Assembly (NCBI GenBank): GCA_038087875.1
Contig: CM075977.1
Coordinates: 80,600,001 to 80,664,000 of the forward strand
Reading direction: 5' to 3'
Source: Malacoraja senta
Lineage: Eukaryota
DNA length: 64,000 bases
Below are positions 21,658 through 34,442 of the stretch, piece after piece; position 1 is the stretch's first letter, and each line of letters opens with the position of its first letter. The notes beneath the pieces were generated by a model, which was given only the letters and a program-made list of their open reading frames with translations, was not told where the DNA came from and ran no database searches. The position numbers and the translations under genes were made by a program.

Positions 21658-21821
21658 ATGGAAAGTGTCAGGAATCTGGAAGATGAGACGTTTCCAAGTT
21701 TTTTGTTGCAGTCTGTCAGGAGCAATAGCAGTGAAATGCTGGAAAATGTCACTGTTACTTCAAATTTTGGACTTCCTGTGGCTGCATCAACAGTTGCTAA
21801 AAAATCTGATATGGGTAGTAG
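21658..21821 (+). CDS. CEP192: CEP192 coding exon 1
   Basis: MESVRNLEDETFPSFL...LENVTVTSNFGLPVAAST matches CEP192 MEDFRGIAEESFPSFL...LENVTLSSNLGLPVAVST; acceptor AG at 21632, donor GTGAGG, phase 2. Confidence 0.88.
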
Positions 21822-23219
21822 GTGAGGTTTTTGTCTAAATATACATTTTATATATGGGAACAGGAAAAGCATTTAGCCCATTAAGTCTGTACAGATCTGC
21901 AATAATTCCATATGAAGCTCCCTTTTCCCTATATTCAGAGTCAGAGTTGTGCAGCACTGAAAGAGGTGCTTTGACCCACCATGTCTCTTCTCATCTCTAT
22001 GCCCATTTACACTAATCCCATTTGATCTTCATCCTTCTCTGCCTTGCCTATTTAAATATCTGGTATGAAAGTTTACAATTATAGTGATTGCATCTGACTC
22101 TACCACCACTTTGGCAGTAAGTTTTAGATAGCATCCAATTGTTTTGGGGCAAGGAAAACGTCCCCCTCAAATCCCCTGTAAAACTCCTTTCTCTCACCTT
22201 AAACCTGTGGTCTCTATTTTGATGCCCTTACTATGTGAGAGAGAAAAAATCCTACCCTATCTGCTTCTCTTGCCAGTCATACAGCATAGAAACAGGCTCT
22301 TTGATCCACCGTGTCAATGCTGACCAATGCCAAACTGTACTCATCTTACTAGCCTGCTTTAATTTCACATCCCTCTTTGACTTGCTCATTCAAGTGTGAG
22401 TAAAGATACCTCTGAAATTATGTTATTGTTCCTGCTTCTACCATCTCCTCATGCAACTCATTCCAGATAACAGCTATGTATCTTTTTTAAATCTCCCTCC
22501 ATACCTTAAAATTGTGCCGTGTAGTTTTAGACATCCTGCCTGCGCTGTGCCACTGGACCCTGTGTAAAGTCCCAATAGCAGAACATGAACTTAGTGAGGA
22601 ATCTGACTGAAAAAGGTGTTCCCGTTTTGCTCTGTCATGAGGTCAGCAATTCCACATCTTTTGCTTGGAACTTTTAAGCTAAGGGATGACGTACATTTAA
22701 GAAGCATTGGTGGTGGAAGAAGAACAAGTTCAATAGATGGCAATGCTGGGAATGCATTTGCGGATTGTCTGTTTTTGCAGCTGTTTGTTTTTGGTAGGGC
22801 ATCTTCAGGGCATTACCATGTAACCTGATTGCAACTGGCATGCTCACCTGCCTTACAAAACCATGCAGAACTGCTATTGTCGAGAAAACACATCTTTTCA
22901 CATATGAATTATTGGGTATTTTTAAAGTGGGGGTTGGCAAGTTCTTGTTTGGTAAAGTTGTCAAAGGTTATGGGGAGAAAGCTGAGGGAATGGGGTTGAG
23001 AGGGAAAGATAGATCATCCATGATTGAATGGTGAACTAGACTCATTGGGTTGAATGACCTAATTCTGTTCCTATGACTTATGGACACATCAGTTAAGTCT
23101 ATAACCTTTGGGAGACAAGTTCAGAAAGTATCAGGCCATTTGAAATAACACATTATTGTTTCCTCAGCAAACATAGATGATTATGCAATTTTACATATGA
23201 ATTTGTATTTTTCCTGCAG

Positions 23220-23342
23220 AAATTCCAGATACACAAACTTCATACTTGGAAGAAGGAAGGCTTTCTGTCATGGAAGCACATCAACGTCGTGTTTCAATTC
23301 TGAAACCTGTAAAAGATTTGTCCTTAGTTTTAAAGATGATTT
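23220..23342 (+). CDS. CEP192: CEP192 exon 2 (compensating frameshifts as assembled)
   Basis: CAG/GTAAGT boundaries; IPDTQTSYLEEGRLSV (cf. YPDIQASYLVEGRFSV) and FVLSFKDD lie in different frames. Confidence 0.7.
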
Positions 23343-24144
23343 GTAAGTATCCAGTTGATACTAGGCTTGATATGTACTGTCATCAGATAAAGTTGACAAG
23401 CCTTAAGCATTTGCATTGAGAACATAAATGCCAACCTATTAACCCTAAGAAAAACTGTCTCATGGAAAATGATAAATGTAAGCTTATGACTTAAACATTG
23501 ACAATCATTTTCTACATTAAATTTGCATACTTATCTTCTGCACATTTCATCAATCTGTCTGCCAGGTGTGGTCTGATATCTTTCTCGTTGTAATTATAAT
23601 TGAACGTTTTGCGTTATCTATGAACTTGTGTTATGTTTTCTCTCAACCAAGTTCAGTGCAATTTGGATAATATAAACACAGTGACCCTTGGGTCGCATCA
23701 CTTCCCTCTTATCTCATGTGTTTACTGTGTTTTAGCTCTCTGTTTTCTGCTCTCAGACGTATCCACATTGATTTTCTCCACTCCATCTATATATAGTCCT
23801 GGTTGTGGTGCATCTAAACAAAAGACACAAGCATATTCTTGAAACAAAGTCTACCAAAATAGAATGACTGTCTTTGTGAAACACGAAACTTCAAAATAAA
23901 ACATCCTGCTTGTTTGCTAAATTTAATTGTCAATTTACCCAGAGTCCAAATCATGGATGTCCATTGATTGTCTCAACTGTCAGTCAAATGCAGAAACAAT
24001 TATCCTGTATATTACAGTTACCAAAACAATATATTTCATTAAAGTTTAAGAAAGAACTGCAGATGCTGGAAAAATCGAAGGTAGACAAAAATGCTGGAGA
24101 AACCTCAGCGGATGAGGCAGCATCTATGGAGAGAAGGAATAGGC

Positions 24145-24172
24145 GACGTTTCGGGTCGAGACCCTTCTTCAG
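24145..24172 (-). ncRNA. Minimal hammerhead ribozyme motif in Penelope pLTR fragment
   Basis: Minus strand CTGAAGA-A-GGGT-CTCG-ACCC-GAAAC-GTC, intact core. Confidence 0.6.
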
Positions 24173-24645
24173 ATTGTCATGGAGGAGGGGGGCCGGAAAA
24201 AGAAAGGAAGACGCGGAGAAAGTAGGCTTGTGGGAGAGCTGGGGAGGGGAAGGAGGGCGAAAGCAAGGACTACCTGAAATTGGAGAAGTCAATATTCATA
24301 CCGCTGGGTAATCTCAAATGCGAAATTAAGTGCAATAGCAAACCTGATGCATTTTGCTGTAGGATGTGGGGTCTTTCGGAAATATCCAGTAGGTTGTTTA
24401 TTCTGATTTGATTAAAATTATTGATGTTTATCATTTTGAGTGTTTAGCTGCTGCATTTGCCAATATTGAGGCAAGGATTACATTTTTGGACAAACCTTTA
24501 AAAAATGTTGGTAGTATTAAGGATAAATCGTTATTAAATTGATGGTGGCTTATATCCTCATATTACCAAAATAAATGAAGCACTTGTTTAAAATATTATT
24601 ATGTCATTGCCTTTTCTATAATTTCATTCATTTGTTTCTTGGTAG

Positions 24646-24789
24646 AGAAACCTTCGATGATTTCATTGGTGCTCGCATGGATGAACTTGATTCTTTCTGC
24701 ATCAGAAGGAAATGCACAACATGGGTTATCAAAGCCAGTTCCACCACAGTCGTGGTGCCAAATCCAGGATAGCTAACAAAGTCTTGATG
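24646..24789 (+). CDS. CEP192: CEP192 exon 3 (disrupted as assembled)
   Basis: TAG/GTATGT boundaries; starts ETFDDFIGA; stop in the entry frame (24770) and in the exit frame. Confidence 0.55.
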
Positions 24790-25999
24790 GTATGTTGGGG
24801 TCGCTGTAAATACATGCTCTTTAAACTAGACTTGTTTTATTCCTTGAGTATAATAAATAAACTTTTACAACTAATTCATTCAACAAAGTTAATTGAAACT
24901 GTCATGGTAACCAAAAATTAAATTTGAATTATAAGGGAAAATATAACAAAAAAATTATTTAAAATATATACTTGCAAATGGACATTAAGTTAAAAATGCT
25001 CTTTTATTGTAATTGGGTCTATGCTATTGGGAGAAAATATCGGACTTAAGCAGACTGGCTTGCACAAACAACGGACACAACTTGGTGAACCAAATCATAC
25101 CATGTGTGCAGAAACGATCCCTCAAATCAAGTAAACTGATTCGACTGGTACAATATTGTGTGCAAAGTAACCTGCTGCAGAATACGTTTTGTTTTGGAGG
25201 GTTTAATAATTTGATGTATTGACAGCTCCTCCTGAGAATACCATACCTGGTAAATCATTTGTTATCTCTAAAAGCTCCTAGACCATGGTAAATTGTTTAA
25301 TCTGCAGCAGCAGTGATCAGATACCAGAAATTGAAAACTTGATCTTGGTTTGCATTAAAATGTCAGTCTTTAATTAAACTCTTCACTTAGATCCCATTTA
25401 ATGCCCATGATGAGACTCATTAGTGTCTTTACGCTGCCAACATGGAAAGGCAGGCTGAGGTCCAGCTTGAAATTTTATAATCCCACCAACATCTGGTGCA
25501 CTTAGTATAGAGTTACTGAGCACAACACAGTGTTGGAGATCAGCCAGCATTAGTGGAGGGAATGGATAGACAACTTTTTGAGGTTCTGTGAGACCCCCTC
25601 TCTCTACTCACCCATCTATGATTCCTGCTATTTGACCATGTTTCTGACCCAGATTTGCTACTGCAGCCATGTGTATTTCCTCAACACTTGACTGCGCTGT
25701 CGATTCATATCACTTGCTAGACTTTGTCACACTCCCGTAACCCTTTTCCAGCTTTCTCTTCTCTTCCCCCCCCCCCCCCACCCCACTACAATGAATCTGA
25801 AAAAGGGTCCCAGTCCAAAATGTCATCCATTCCCTCCAGCACTTTGTTTTGCTCAAGATTCCTGCATCTGCAGTTTCCTCATGTCTGCGTTTTACTACTG
25901 AGTGATTGAATTGCTTCAAAATCAGAAGTCATTAAGGTACCACATGGCAGTGGCTATAAGAGTGGACAAATAAACCAAAGGTAGACACAAAAGTGGAGG

Positions 26000-26027
26000 C
26001 TGAAGAAGGGTCTCGACCTGAAACGTC
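26000..26027 (+). ncRNA. Minimal hammerhead ribozyme motif (sense to CEP192 intron)
   Basis: CTGAAGAAGGGTCTCGACCTGAAACGTC; G-U pair in stem II. Confidence 0.55.
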
Positions 26028-28696
26028 ACCCATTTCTTCTCTCCAGAGCTGCTGCCTGTTCCACTGAGTTTACTCCAGCTTTTTGTGTCTCTTCAGTTTA
26101 AACCAGCATCTGCAGTTCCTTCTTATGCAAATAATCCAAAGGCTTTCACTGACCTAGAAAATAAGCCCATCCATCATGGTTTGGAATTTTTTTAATTTGG
26201 TTCTAATTTGGTAATAAAAGTAATATCGATTGAAGAAATATGGTACACAAATTTACAGAAAGAGGGGCAGGACAAAGCCTTGCAAGTAATACACGGAAAC
26301 AAAGAACAGCAAATGCTGATTTATATCAAAGCTAGACATAAAGGGCTGGAGAAACTCTGCAGGTCGGGCAGCATTCCTTGGGGGAAAAGGATGGGTGACG
26401 CTTTGGGGTTGGTTACCCCATCCTTTTTGAGTGTAAGGGTCCCGACCCAAAACATCACCCATCCTTTTTCTCCAGAGATGCTGCCTGACCCGCTGAGGTA
26501 CTCCAGCACTTTTTATCGATCTTAAGTAATAGGTGGATACAGATGAGGTCGTGGCAGGGAGGGGGGAAAGGGGCCAGAGATTGAGATGACAAAGTGTGAG
26601 AAAGAGGTATTGAAGAGTTGTGAATTATGAAGCTAGAGGAAGGATCAGGAGATACAGGATGATCCTGACGTGGCCGCGACCGTTTGCTGAACATGCGTTT
26701 GATCTACCCTGGGTCTACTGGATCTCCCCAGTTGCTAACCATTTTAAACTCGTCTTCTCATTCCCATTTTACCTTTCTGTCCTGGGCCCCTCCATTGCCA
26801 GAGTGAGGCCACACGCACACTGGTCAAACAACACCTCGTATTCCGAAGATAGACACATGGTGCTGGAGTGGCTCGGCGGGGACAGGCAGCACCTCTGGAG
26901 AGGAGGAATGGGTGACGTTTTGGGTCGAGACTCTTCTTCTCGACCCGGGGAAGTCACCTATTCCTCTCCAGGGATGCTGCTTGTCCCGCTGAGTTACTCC
27001 AGCATTTTGTGTCGATTTAAACCAACATCTGCAGTTCTTTCCTGAACACCTCGTATCCCGTTTTCCCAAGGAATGTTGCCCGACCTCAGTAGCATACAAC
27101 CCACAGCATGAAACATTTAATTCTCCAAATTTTAGGTAACCATATGCCCAAACCACCCCTCTCCTCTGGCCCACCTGGACTGGCACCTATTTCTCCCTTC
27201 CCTTGCATTCATTCCTCCAGCTTCAATTGGCAACTCTTCAAGCCTTTGTCTCACACCTTCTGTCTTAACATCTCTGGCTTTTGTCCAACCATCTGCCTAT
27301 CGATTGCATGACCTGTTATGCAAATACTTTGCAGCAATTGTGCTCACTAGTTCTCATACGTATTTAGTCTAGCTTTCACTAAACAGCATCCACAGTATGC
27401 TGCCTGACCCGCTGTGTTACTCCAGCACACTCATTTTTTTGTAAACCAGTACCTGCAGTTCCTTGTTTCCTTATCCACAAAATGCATTTCTAATTGTAAC
27501 TGGACCCAGGCAGACTTGCCATCTCAGGAGAAACCTCCAATGTAGATTTATGTGGGTATCAGTATTATGTCTAGTATTTCAAAGAATATTTTAAAATACC
27601 AAAATCGACTATTTTTAAAAACTTGTTTATTTCTGAAATTGCTTGTTTGATGTTGAGCTATTCCATGAGTTAAATACCTCGGCTGGTGTTCTTTACATAT
27701 TTTCATCATTTTGAAGGTTGCCTTGTCAGTGTAAATAAATGCAATGTACATATTTTTGTAAGTCATAGATTAGCTTACGCCATGTGGATGTTTAGCAATT
27801 GCCATTTGGCACTTTGTGTAGGTCCAGGCGGTACGACTGACAAGAGTATTCTCTCAAGCTGCCAGAATGTGACATCTGCTTAGCAACCAGATGTTACCTG
27901 CAGCGAAGTTCAAGCCGTTTAATGTGAATCCTGCACTCGAGCAAGGATTCGAATGAAACAACCACGCATTAGAACACAAAGCTCGTCATTGTTTTAGTAC
28001 TCATTATGATACTGCTTCATAATAAAATCAATTCATTTTTTTAAATGTTGATTCAAATACATTTCAAATTAATCAGTTTATCTTCACCTAAAGATGTCTA
28101 TTAAATATTTGCATCATTCCAGGCCAAATTAATAAGATGAATATTACAGATCTCCTCTAACTTAGTGCAGCTTTCCTGGGGGTGCACTTGGTCATAAGCT
28201 GGAACAGGCCTTTCCCTTTGTGACCTAGTTTAGGTTATAATTGTCACGTGTACCAAGGTACAGTGAAAAAGCTTTTTTCGCATGGTATTCAGTCAGCAGA
28301 AAGACTGCATAATTACTATCAAGCCGTTCACATTGTACAGTACAGGATAAAATGGAATTGATTGATTGATAATTAAGGGCTAAGGGAATCAAGGGATATG
28401 AGGAAAAACCAGAACGGGGTACTGATTTTAGACGATCAGCCATGATCATATTGAATGGCGGTGCTGGCTTGAAGGGCCGAATGGCCTACTCCTCCACCTA
28501 TTTTCCATGTCTAAAGGTCCTGTCCCACTTGGGCCGTCATTTACGCAACAGGCCGGTAGTGACTGACGCGCAACAGCCGTCTGGAGCGCGTGACGTCATT
28601 TGAAGATGGACACAAAATGCAGGAGTAAACTCAGCGGGACCAGCAGCATCTTGGAGAGAAGGAATGGATGATTGTTTCGGGTCGAGACTTCTTCAT

Positions 28697-28724
28697 CTGA
28701 AGAAGGGTCTCGATCCGAAACGTC
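28697..28724 (+). ncRNA. Minimal hammerhead ribozyme motif (sense to CEP192 intron)
   Basis: CTGAAGAAGGGTCTCGATCCGAAACGTC; G-U pair in stem II. Confidence 0.55.
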
Positions 28725-30194
28725 ACCCATTCCTTCTCTCCAGAGATGCTGCTGGTCCCGCTGAGTTGCTCCTGCATTTAGTGGTGTCTATCTCCAATCG
28801 TCTTGGCCTCGCTCTGGGAGTAGGAGTGCAGGGCTCTCACTTAACTTTTTTTCCTTGTTGCGAGCCGAGCAAACCTTGGCAGCTTTTAAGGTTGCCAAAT
28901 GACAGTTTAGGTGGTCATTTAAGACAGTTTGCATGACGCATGCGATAATGTGCTCAGACGAAGTGCGTAGTTACCAGTCAGAATTATGCTCAATGAAGCA
29001 TTCACATATTATTTCTGCTTCAAATAAAGTCACAAACTAAATATATTCACCAATCAAGACATGATATTTACCACAATGACAAGCAGCAAAATTATAATAC
29101 AGTATCTCAACTCTTTTTATACATTGCAATGAATGCAATTTCAATTAGTTCTTTCCACTTCCAAACAAAAATGTGGTTGGATTATTCAACGTGTAATCAA
29201 CCTGTGTCAATAAATCCTGGACCATGGTAACATATGCTTAACCATGCACACTACAGATTGATGCAAGCATCTTTTCTGTGAAGGACCAAAAATTACCATG
29301 ACATGGCCATAGTATAGGTCGTTATTGCTATTGGTATAGAAACACTCTCGCTTCCCACATAATTTATCCATAACAAAATATAAAGGTTGCAAGGAATTTT
29401 CTAATCATTCTATTAGCATTTTATGATAATAGCTGTTAAAACCAACTATACCCATCTGACAGGTTAAACATTTCATTAACTGACAAGAGATGGCCAAGGA
29501 CATAACTGCAGCAAATGTTCTTTTGGTAATATGTTTAAAAGTGTCAAAACGCCACATTACCGGACATTCAGATTATATGTACGTGTTGTGAACAGCAATG
29601 AAGATACCCAGTTTGTACACACCAGATTACATTTTTTTTATTGATAAACGCTGTTTCCATCATTTCCACTTCAGAATTAACGTTAAAATTTCAACTGAAA
29701 TATCTGCTGACCAATTTGTGATGTATATGACCGACTAGAAGTAAAACCTGGATAAATCCAACGTATAGTTGTGAATGTTGCTCATTAAATAACTACAGTA
29801 CTGATACTTCATATTAAGAGCATTGATTTGCCGTTAAAATGAATTCTGTAATAACGTGTCAATGTAGCAGTGACAATCGAACACTGCGGTTTTAATGTTT
29901 CACGTGTTTACAATTTAATTAATCCATCTTTATGGACTAAAACAAATAATAACATTGGGAATTAAAACACATTTGATTGCATTCCGTTATCAAACATAGT
30001 CAATGTTCACTCGGAAGACATTTCCATCACAATAGGGTCGGGGGGGGTGTGTGAATCAGTGTGGGGTGGATAGATGGCAGGGGGGATTGAGAAGTCAATC
30101 GGTGCGGAATGGATGGATTGAGGCAGGTGAATTAGTACATGTTGGTTGGAGTATGTAAAATTGTGAGGGGAGAGCACGGGGGATGTCAGTGGTG

Positions 30195-31450
30195 ATGGAG
30201 GGGGGGATCAGTACAGAATGAATGGGGGTAGACAAAAATGCTGGAGAACTCAGTGGGTGAGGCAGCATCTATGGGGCGAAGGAAATAGGCAACGTTTCGG
30301 GTCGAGACCCGTCTTCAGACTGTTTCCCCATTCTTGAATGGGGGGATCAGTACAGGATGGATGGGGGGGGATCAGCGCAGGATGAATGGGGGGGGAATCA
30401 GTACAGGATGAATGGGGCGGGGGTCAGTACAGTGTGGATCGGAGGGTCTGTGCAGGATGAATGGGAGATCACTGCAGGATGAATGAGGGAATCAATACGG
30501 GATGAATGGGGGTAGACAAAAGTGCTGGAGAAACTCAGCGGGTGAGGCAGCATCTATGGAGCGAAGGAAATAGGCAACGTTTTGGGTCGAGACCCTTCTT
30601 CAGACTGTTCCCCCATTCTTGTTGAATGGGGGGGATCAGTGCAGGATGAATGGGAGGAGGGGTCAATACAGTGTGGATCGGAGGGTTTGCAGGATGAATG
30701 GGGGATCACTACAGGATGAATGAGAGGATTAGTACAGGATGAATGGAGGATTCAGTACAGGATGAATGGGGGAATCAGTACAGGATGAATGGGGGTAGAC
30801 AAAAGTGCTGGAGAAACTCAGTGGGTGAGGCAGCATCTATGGAGCGAAGGAAATAGGCAATGTTTCGGGTCGAGACCCTTCTTCAGACTGTTCCCCCAAT
30901 TCTTCTTTAATGGAGGGATCAGTACACGATGGATGGGGGGGGGGTCAGTACATGATGAATGGGGGTGGTCAGTACAGTGTGGATCAGAGGGTCTGTGCAG
31001 GATGAATGGAGGATCACTACAGGATGAATGAGAGGATTAGTACAGGATGAATGGGGGGGGGGGAGATCAGTACAGGATGAATGGGGGAATCAGTAAAAGA
31101 TTAATGGGGGGGATCAGTACAGGATGAATGAAGGGATCAGTATAGGATGAATGGGGGATCAGTACAGGATGAATGAGGGGATCAGTAAAAGATGAATGGG
31201 GAGATCACTATTGGATGGATGGGGGGGGGATCGGTGCAGGGTAAATGGAGGGTGAGTCAGTACGGGATGAATGAGTGGATCAATGCTGGATGAATTGGGG
31301 GGGGGGGCAGTGCAGGATGGATGGGAATGGGGGGTCAGTACAGGATAAATTGCGGGACCAGTGTAGGATGGATGGGGGGGTGGCAGGAGAATCAATGCAA
31401 GGTGGATAGGGAGATCAGTGCAGGATGAATAGATGGGGGAGGGGAGCACA
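30195..31450. repeat. GGATCAGTACAGGATGAATGGGG minisatellite with three embedded Penelope pLTR fragments
   Basis: ~22-nt unit repeated many times; ~95-bp Penelope inserts at ~30228, 30512 and 30795. Confidence 0.88.
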
Positions 31451-31755
31451 GAGGATGTCAGTGAGGACTGAATAGAGGCGGGAATGGGGATCAGCGCGGG
31501 ATGGAGAGAAGGGGTCTCAGGATAAGGGTGGGTGGAGGGGGCGTTAAAGAGAGAGAGAGAGAGAGAGGGGAAGGGGCCGAGAAGGTGGGGAGGAAGGAAG
31601 GTCGGCGCTCCTCGGACAACATCGCCCCGGTGCCTTGGCCGTCCCTGTCCACCGCCAAGTGCCGACTCCAAAGGGGGAGGCGGTTGAGATCTCCTCGCCA
31701 CCGCCTCCCCTCCTCCGCCAGCCAACAGCAATGTGCGGGGCCAAGCGGTGCAGCT

Positions 31756-31783
31756 CAAAGATCCTATAGCTATAGGATCTTTG
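31756..31783. mobile_element. 28-bp palindromic micro-transposon with 8-bp TSD
   Basis: CAAAGATCCTATAGCTATAGGATCTTTG flanked by GTGCAGCT on both sides. Confidence 0.8.
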
Positions 31784-32798
31784 GTGCAGCTGCTTCAGAC
31801 GGCAAAAGGAGGCCTCCCCCTCCTCCCGGCCTCGGCGTGCGGGGAGGGTTTGTTTTGAAAGCACCGTTGGCAGAGTGGCAAGCAGCGGCCGCTATCACGG
31901 CGGGCGGGGTGCGGGAGGAGGAGTTGGAACCGCTATCGCGGCCGCTGTTCGGGCCCGTCATTCGCTCCGACCCTTCGTCACCACGCATCTAGTATCTTTG
32001 CCCCGCAATACAGCCACCGCCGACACGAAACGTCACTTTCCTTTTCTCCAGAGATGCTGCCTGACCCGCTGAGTCACTCCATTTTTTTGTGTCTAACTTC
32101 GGTATAAACCAGTATCTGCAGTGCCAAGCCGGGCAAAATGACTTGGCGTTTAGGTTGCCCGGCGGCACTTTGGGTGGTCATTGGTACCCGGGCAACCGTT
32201 AATTTTGAGCCCTGGAGTGGGGGCGGATCCAGATCCGCTACGGCCGTGAGCCCCAGGCCGAGCTCGGCGATCGTTTGCCTGCTTCTGCTGCTGTTGGGGG
32301 TGAGACGTTGCGCCGTGCCAGGGTCTTGGGCCTGTCCCACTTTGGCCGTCAGTTACGCGACAGGCCGGTGGTGCGCGAAGATTTCGTTCAGGACGAAGTC
32401 CACACTCCTCCACGCCACTCCACACTCCTCCACACCACTCCATGCGCCCGTCCCGCGCTACCCACACGCTAGCAGGTCGCGTAAATGGCGCGCAAATGAC
32501 AGCCAAGTGGGACAGGCCCTTAAGTCTACGAATGATGTTCCGTGTGATTTCAGATCTCCCCAATATAGCTGTCAGTGATTCACCAAACCACTAAGTGCAT
32601 CAAATTGCCTCCATGTTTATAGCATCGTGGTGCACCTTCACCACTCGAGCTGCAGCACGTTGTCAACTACCACCTTCCTTAAAAATAGCCAATAACCTCT
32701 GGACTTGTCACACTGCAACTTCATTCTGAGAGTAACTTGACATGTTTGAAAATTGGATAAAATGTTGATGATTAACATAAACTGCTTGCCTTTTGCAG

Positions 32799-32854
32799 AG
32801 ATTTCTTCTGGGTCAAATACTTTGACTGATCAGACCAGCAAAAGGAAAAATGAG
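32799..32854 (+). CDS. CEP192: CEP192 exon 4
   Basis: TTTTGCAG/GTAATT; phase 1 to 0; open frame ISSGSNTLTDQTSKRKNE. Confidence 0.6.
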
Positions 32855-33340
32855 GTAATTACAGAAAATATCATAATTTTTCAGGAAATGTAGCATTGTC
32901 TACTTTAAATCCAAGTCCTGGTAATTTAAAATAAATGGATATATTTAGCAAATTAGGCAGCATCTGTGGAGTGAGAGCGAGAGAAAGGAGTAGAATTTGT
33001 TTCATGATAATGTCCTTGCATCCACTGAGTACAGTCTGAAAGAACAGCTTTTCAGTTGCAGGACAAAGTGAGGGATTGGGATAACTAAGGGAATGTTTGT
33101 GCTGTGGTAGAGGTCCAGAGAGCCTGAATAACAAGTGCTCTCTTTGATCTCACTGAGTTCACTGAAAATTTTATTGTGTCTAAATAAAAGTGAAACAAAA
33201 CTAAATTGTGGTATTAATGGATGTAACATCCAGTAATCTGAAACATCTGCTATTCTGGCACCTCAAAACTAAACGGTACCAGATTATCAGAAGTTTTACT
33301 CTAAATTTGAATATCTAATGGTCTGTTCCACACTCACTAG

Positions 33341-33488
33341 GTTGCTACCATGAGGGAATCTGTGAACTGTCCTGCCTCAAGACGAACAGGTGTGGCACTT
33401 GGCACGGAGCGACGCAGTGGCAGCCTAGCTAGTTTGTTAGAAGATGAAAAGCTCCTATCACTGGCAAGTTTAGAAGAGCTGTCCACAG
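33341..33488 (+). CDS. CEP192: CEP192 exon 5
   Basis: SLLEDEKLLSLASLEELS (cf. SLLENEKLILPTSLEDSS); phase 0 to 1. Confidence 0.85.
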
Positions 33489-34311
33489 GTATAGTGCACA
33501 AACAAGTCGCCTTGCTTCCCCTTTTTATAATTAAGCAGTAAAAACGTGAAATGTAATATACGTAAATCACTTTAAAAATAAGGTGATTGTGGCTTCATTA
33601 CAGCACTGATTTTTATAAATGGCTTAGTATCTTAGTTTAGTAAAAAAAATCCTCATTTTTATACATGGTCACAGAAGAGATTGTGGTTGTGGTTACAAAG
33701 AAAATATGTGTGGTACCTTCATTGCAGCACTGACTATTAATTGCTTACTGAGTGTCAGAATTCAGTTTAAAAATGCCCATTTTCATACGTAGTGTTTAGA
33801 ATATTTTTGAAAGAGCTTTCAAATTACTGCAAAATTCTAATCTAGCCCCCTTTGACATTGAAGATGATGCTCTGATAGATTTTGTGGATTATTGGCTGTT
33901 GCACTCTTAACACCCCAATGCACTTCGAGTTCACATTGTTATTTGAATTTTGTTTGAACTTAGGTTCAAATGACAATAAACGTTATTCTATTCTATTCTA
34001 TTAAATGTTGCTCAAAGGTATAATTGTTCAATGCTTCTAATGCGTTTATAGAGAACAATGGGAAATCAAGCCAGGTGAGTCAAATACCACATTATCAAAT
34101 ATTAGACCATCATAGTTGTACTGTATGTCCACTTGCCCTATTTCTTCGCTGTTAGTGCAAATATTTTGACACTTGTATTTTTAACACATTTTTGAGTCCA
34201 TTCTTTATCATAATTCAAAATATTAAAATGTTCTCTTCACCTCGCAGTTTGTCATCTACAAGTATACGTGGTCTTTGGCTGCGCATGTTTTCACTATATT
34301 TATTCCAACAG

Positions 34312-34442
34312 ACGATGAGTTTGATGCAGATGTCTTTCGGGATGATAGACTGGAAGCATATTTCAAAAAATTGGTACCATTAGGAATGCAGAGGGGTCAT
34401 ATTGATGGACAGGAACTTCCTGAAGTCCACTCTACAGTTCAG
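34312..34442 (+). CDS. CEP192: CEP192 exon 6 (PLK4-binding acidic region)
   Basis: DDEFDADVFRDDRLEAYFKKL (cf. DDDIDDEMFYDDHLEAYFEQL); phase 1 to 0. Confidence 0.88.

Larger units (their letters stand above)
28829..32214 (+). mobile_element. Non-autonomous hAT-like DNA element with 5-bp TSD (copy 2)
   Basis: TIR CAGGGCTC...GAGCCCTG; TSD GAGTG at 28824-28828 and 32215-32219. Confidence 0.88.
28515..32520. mobile_element. PIF/Harbinger-like MITE expanded by nested insertions
   Basis: TIR AGGTCCTGTCCCAC...GTGGGACAGGCCCT; TAA on both flanks (28512-28514, 32521-32523). Confidence 0.7.
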
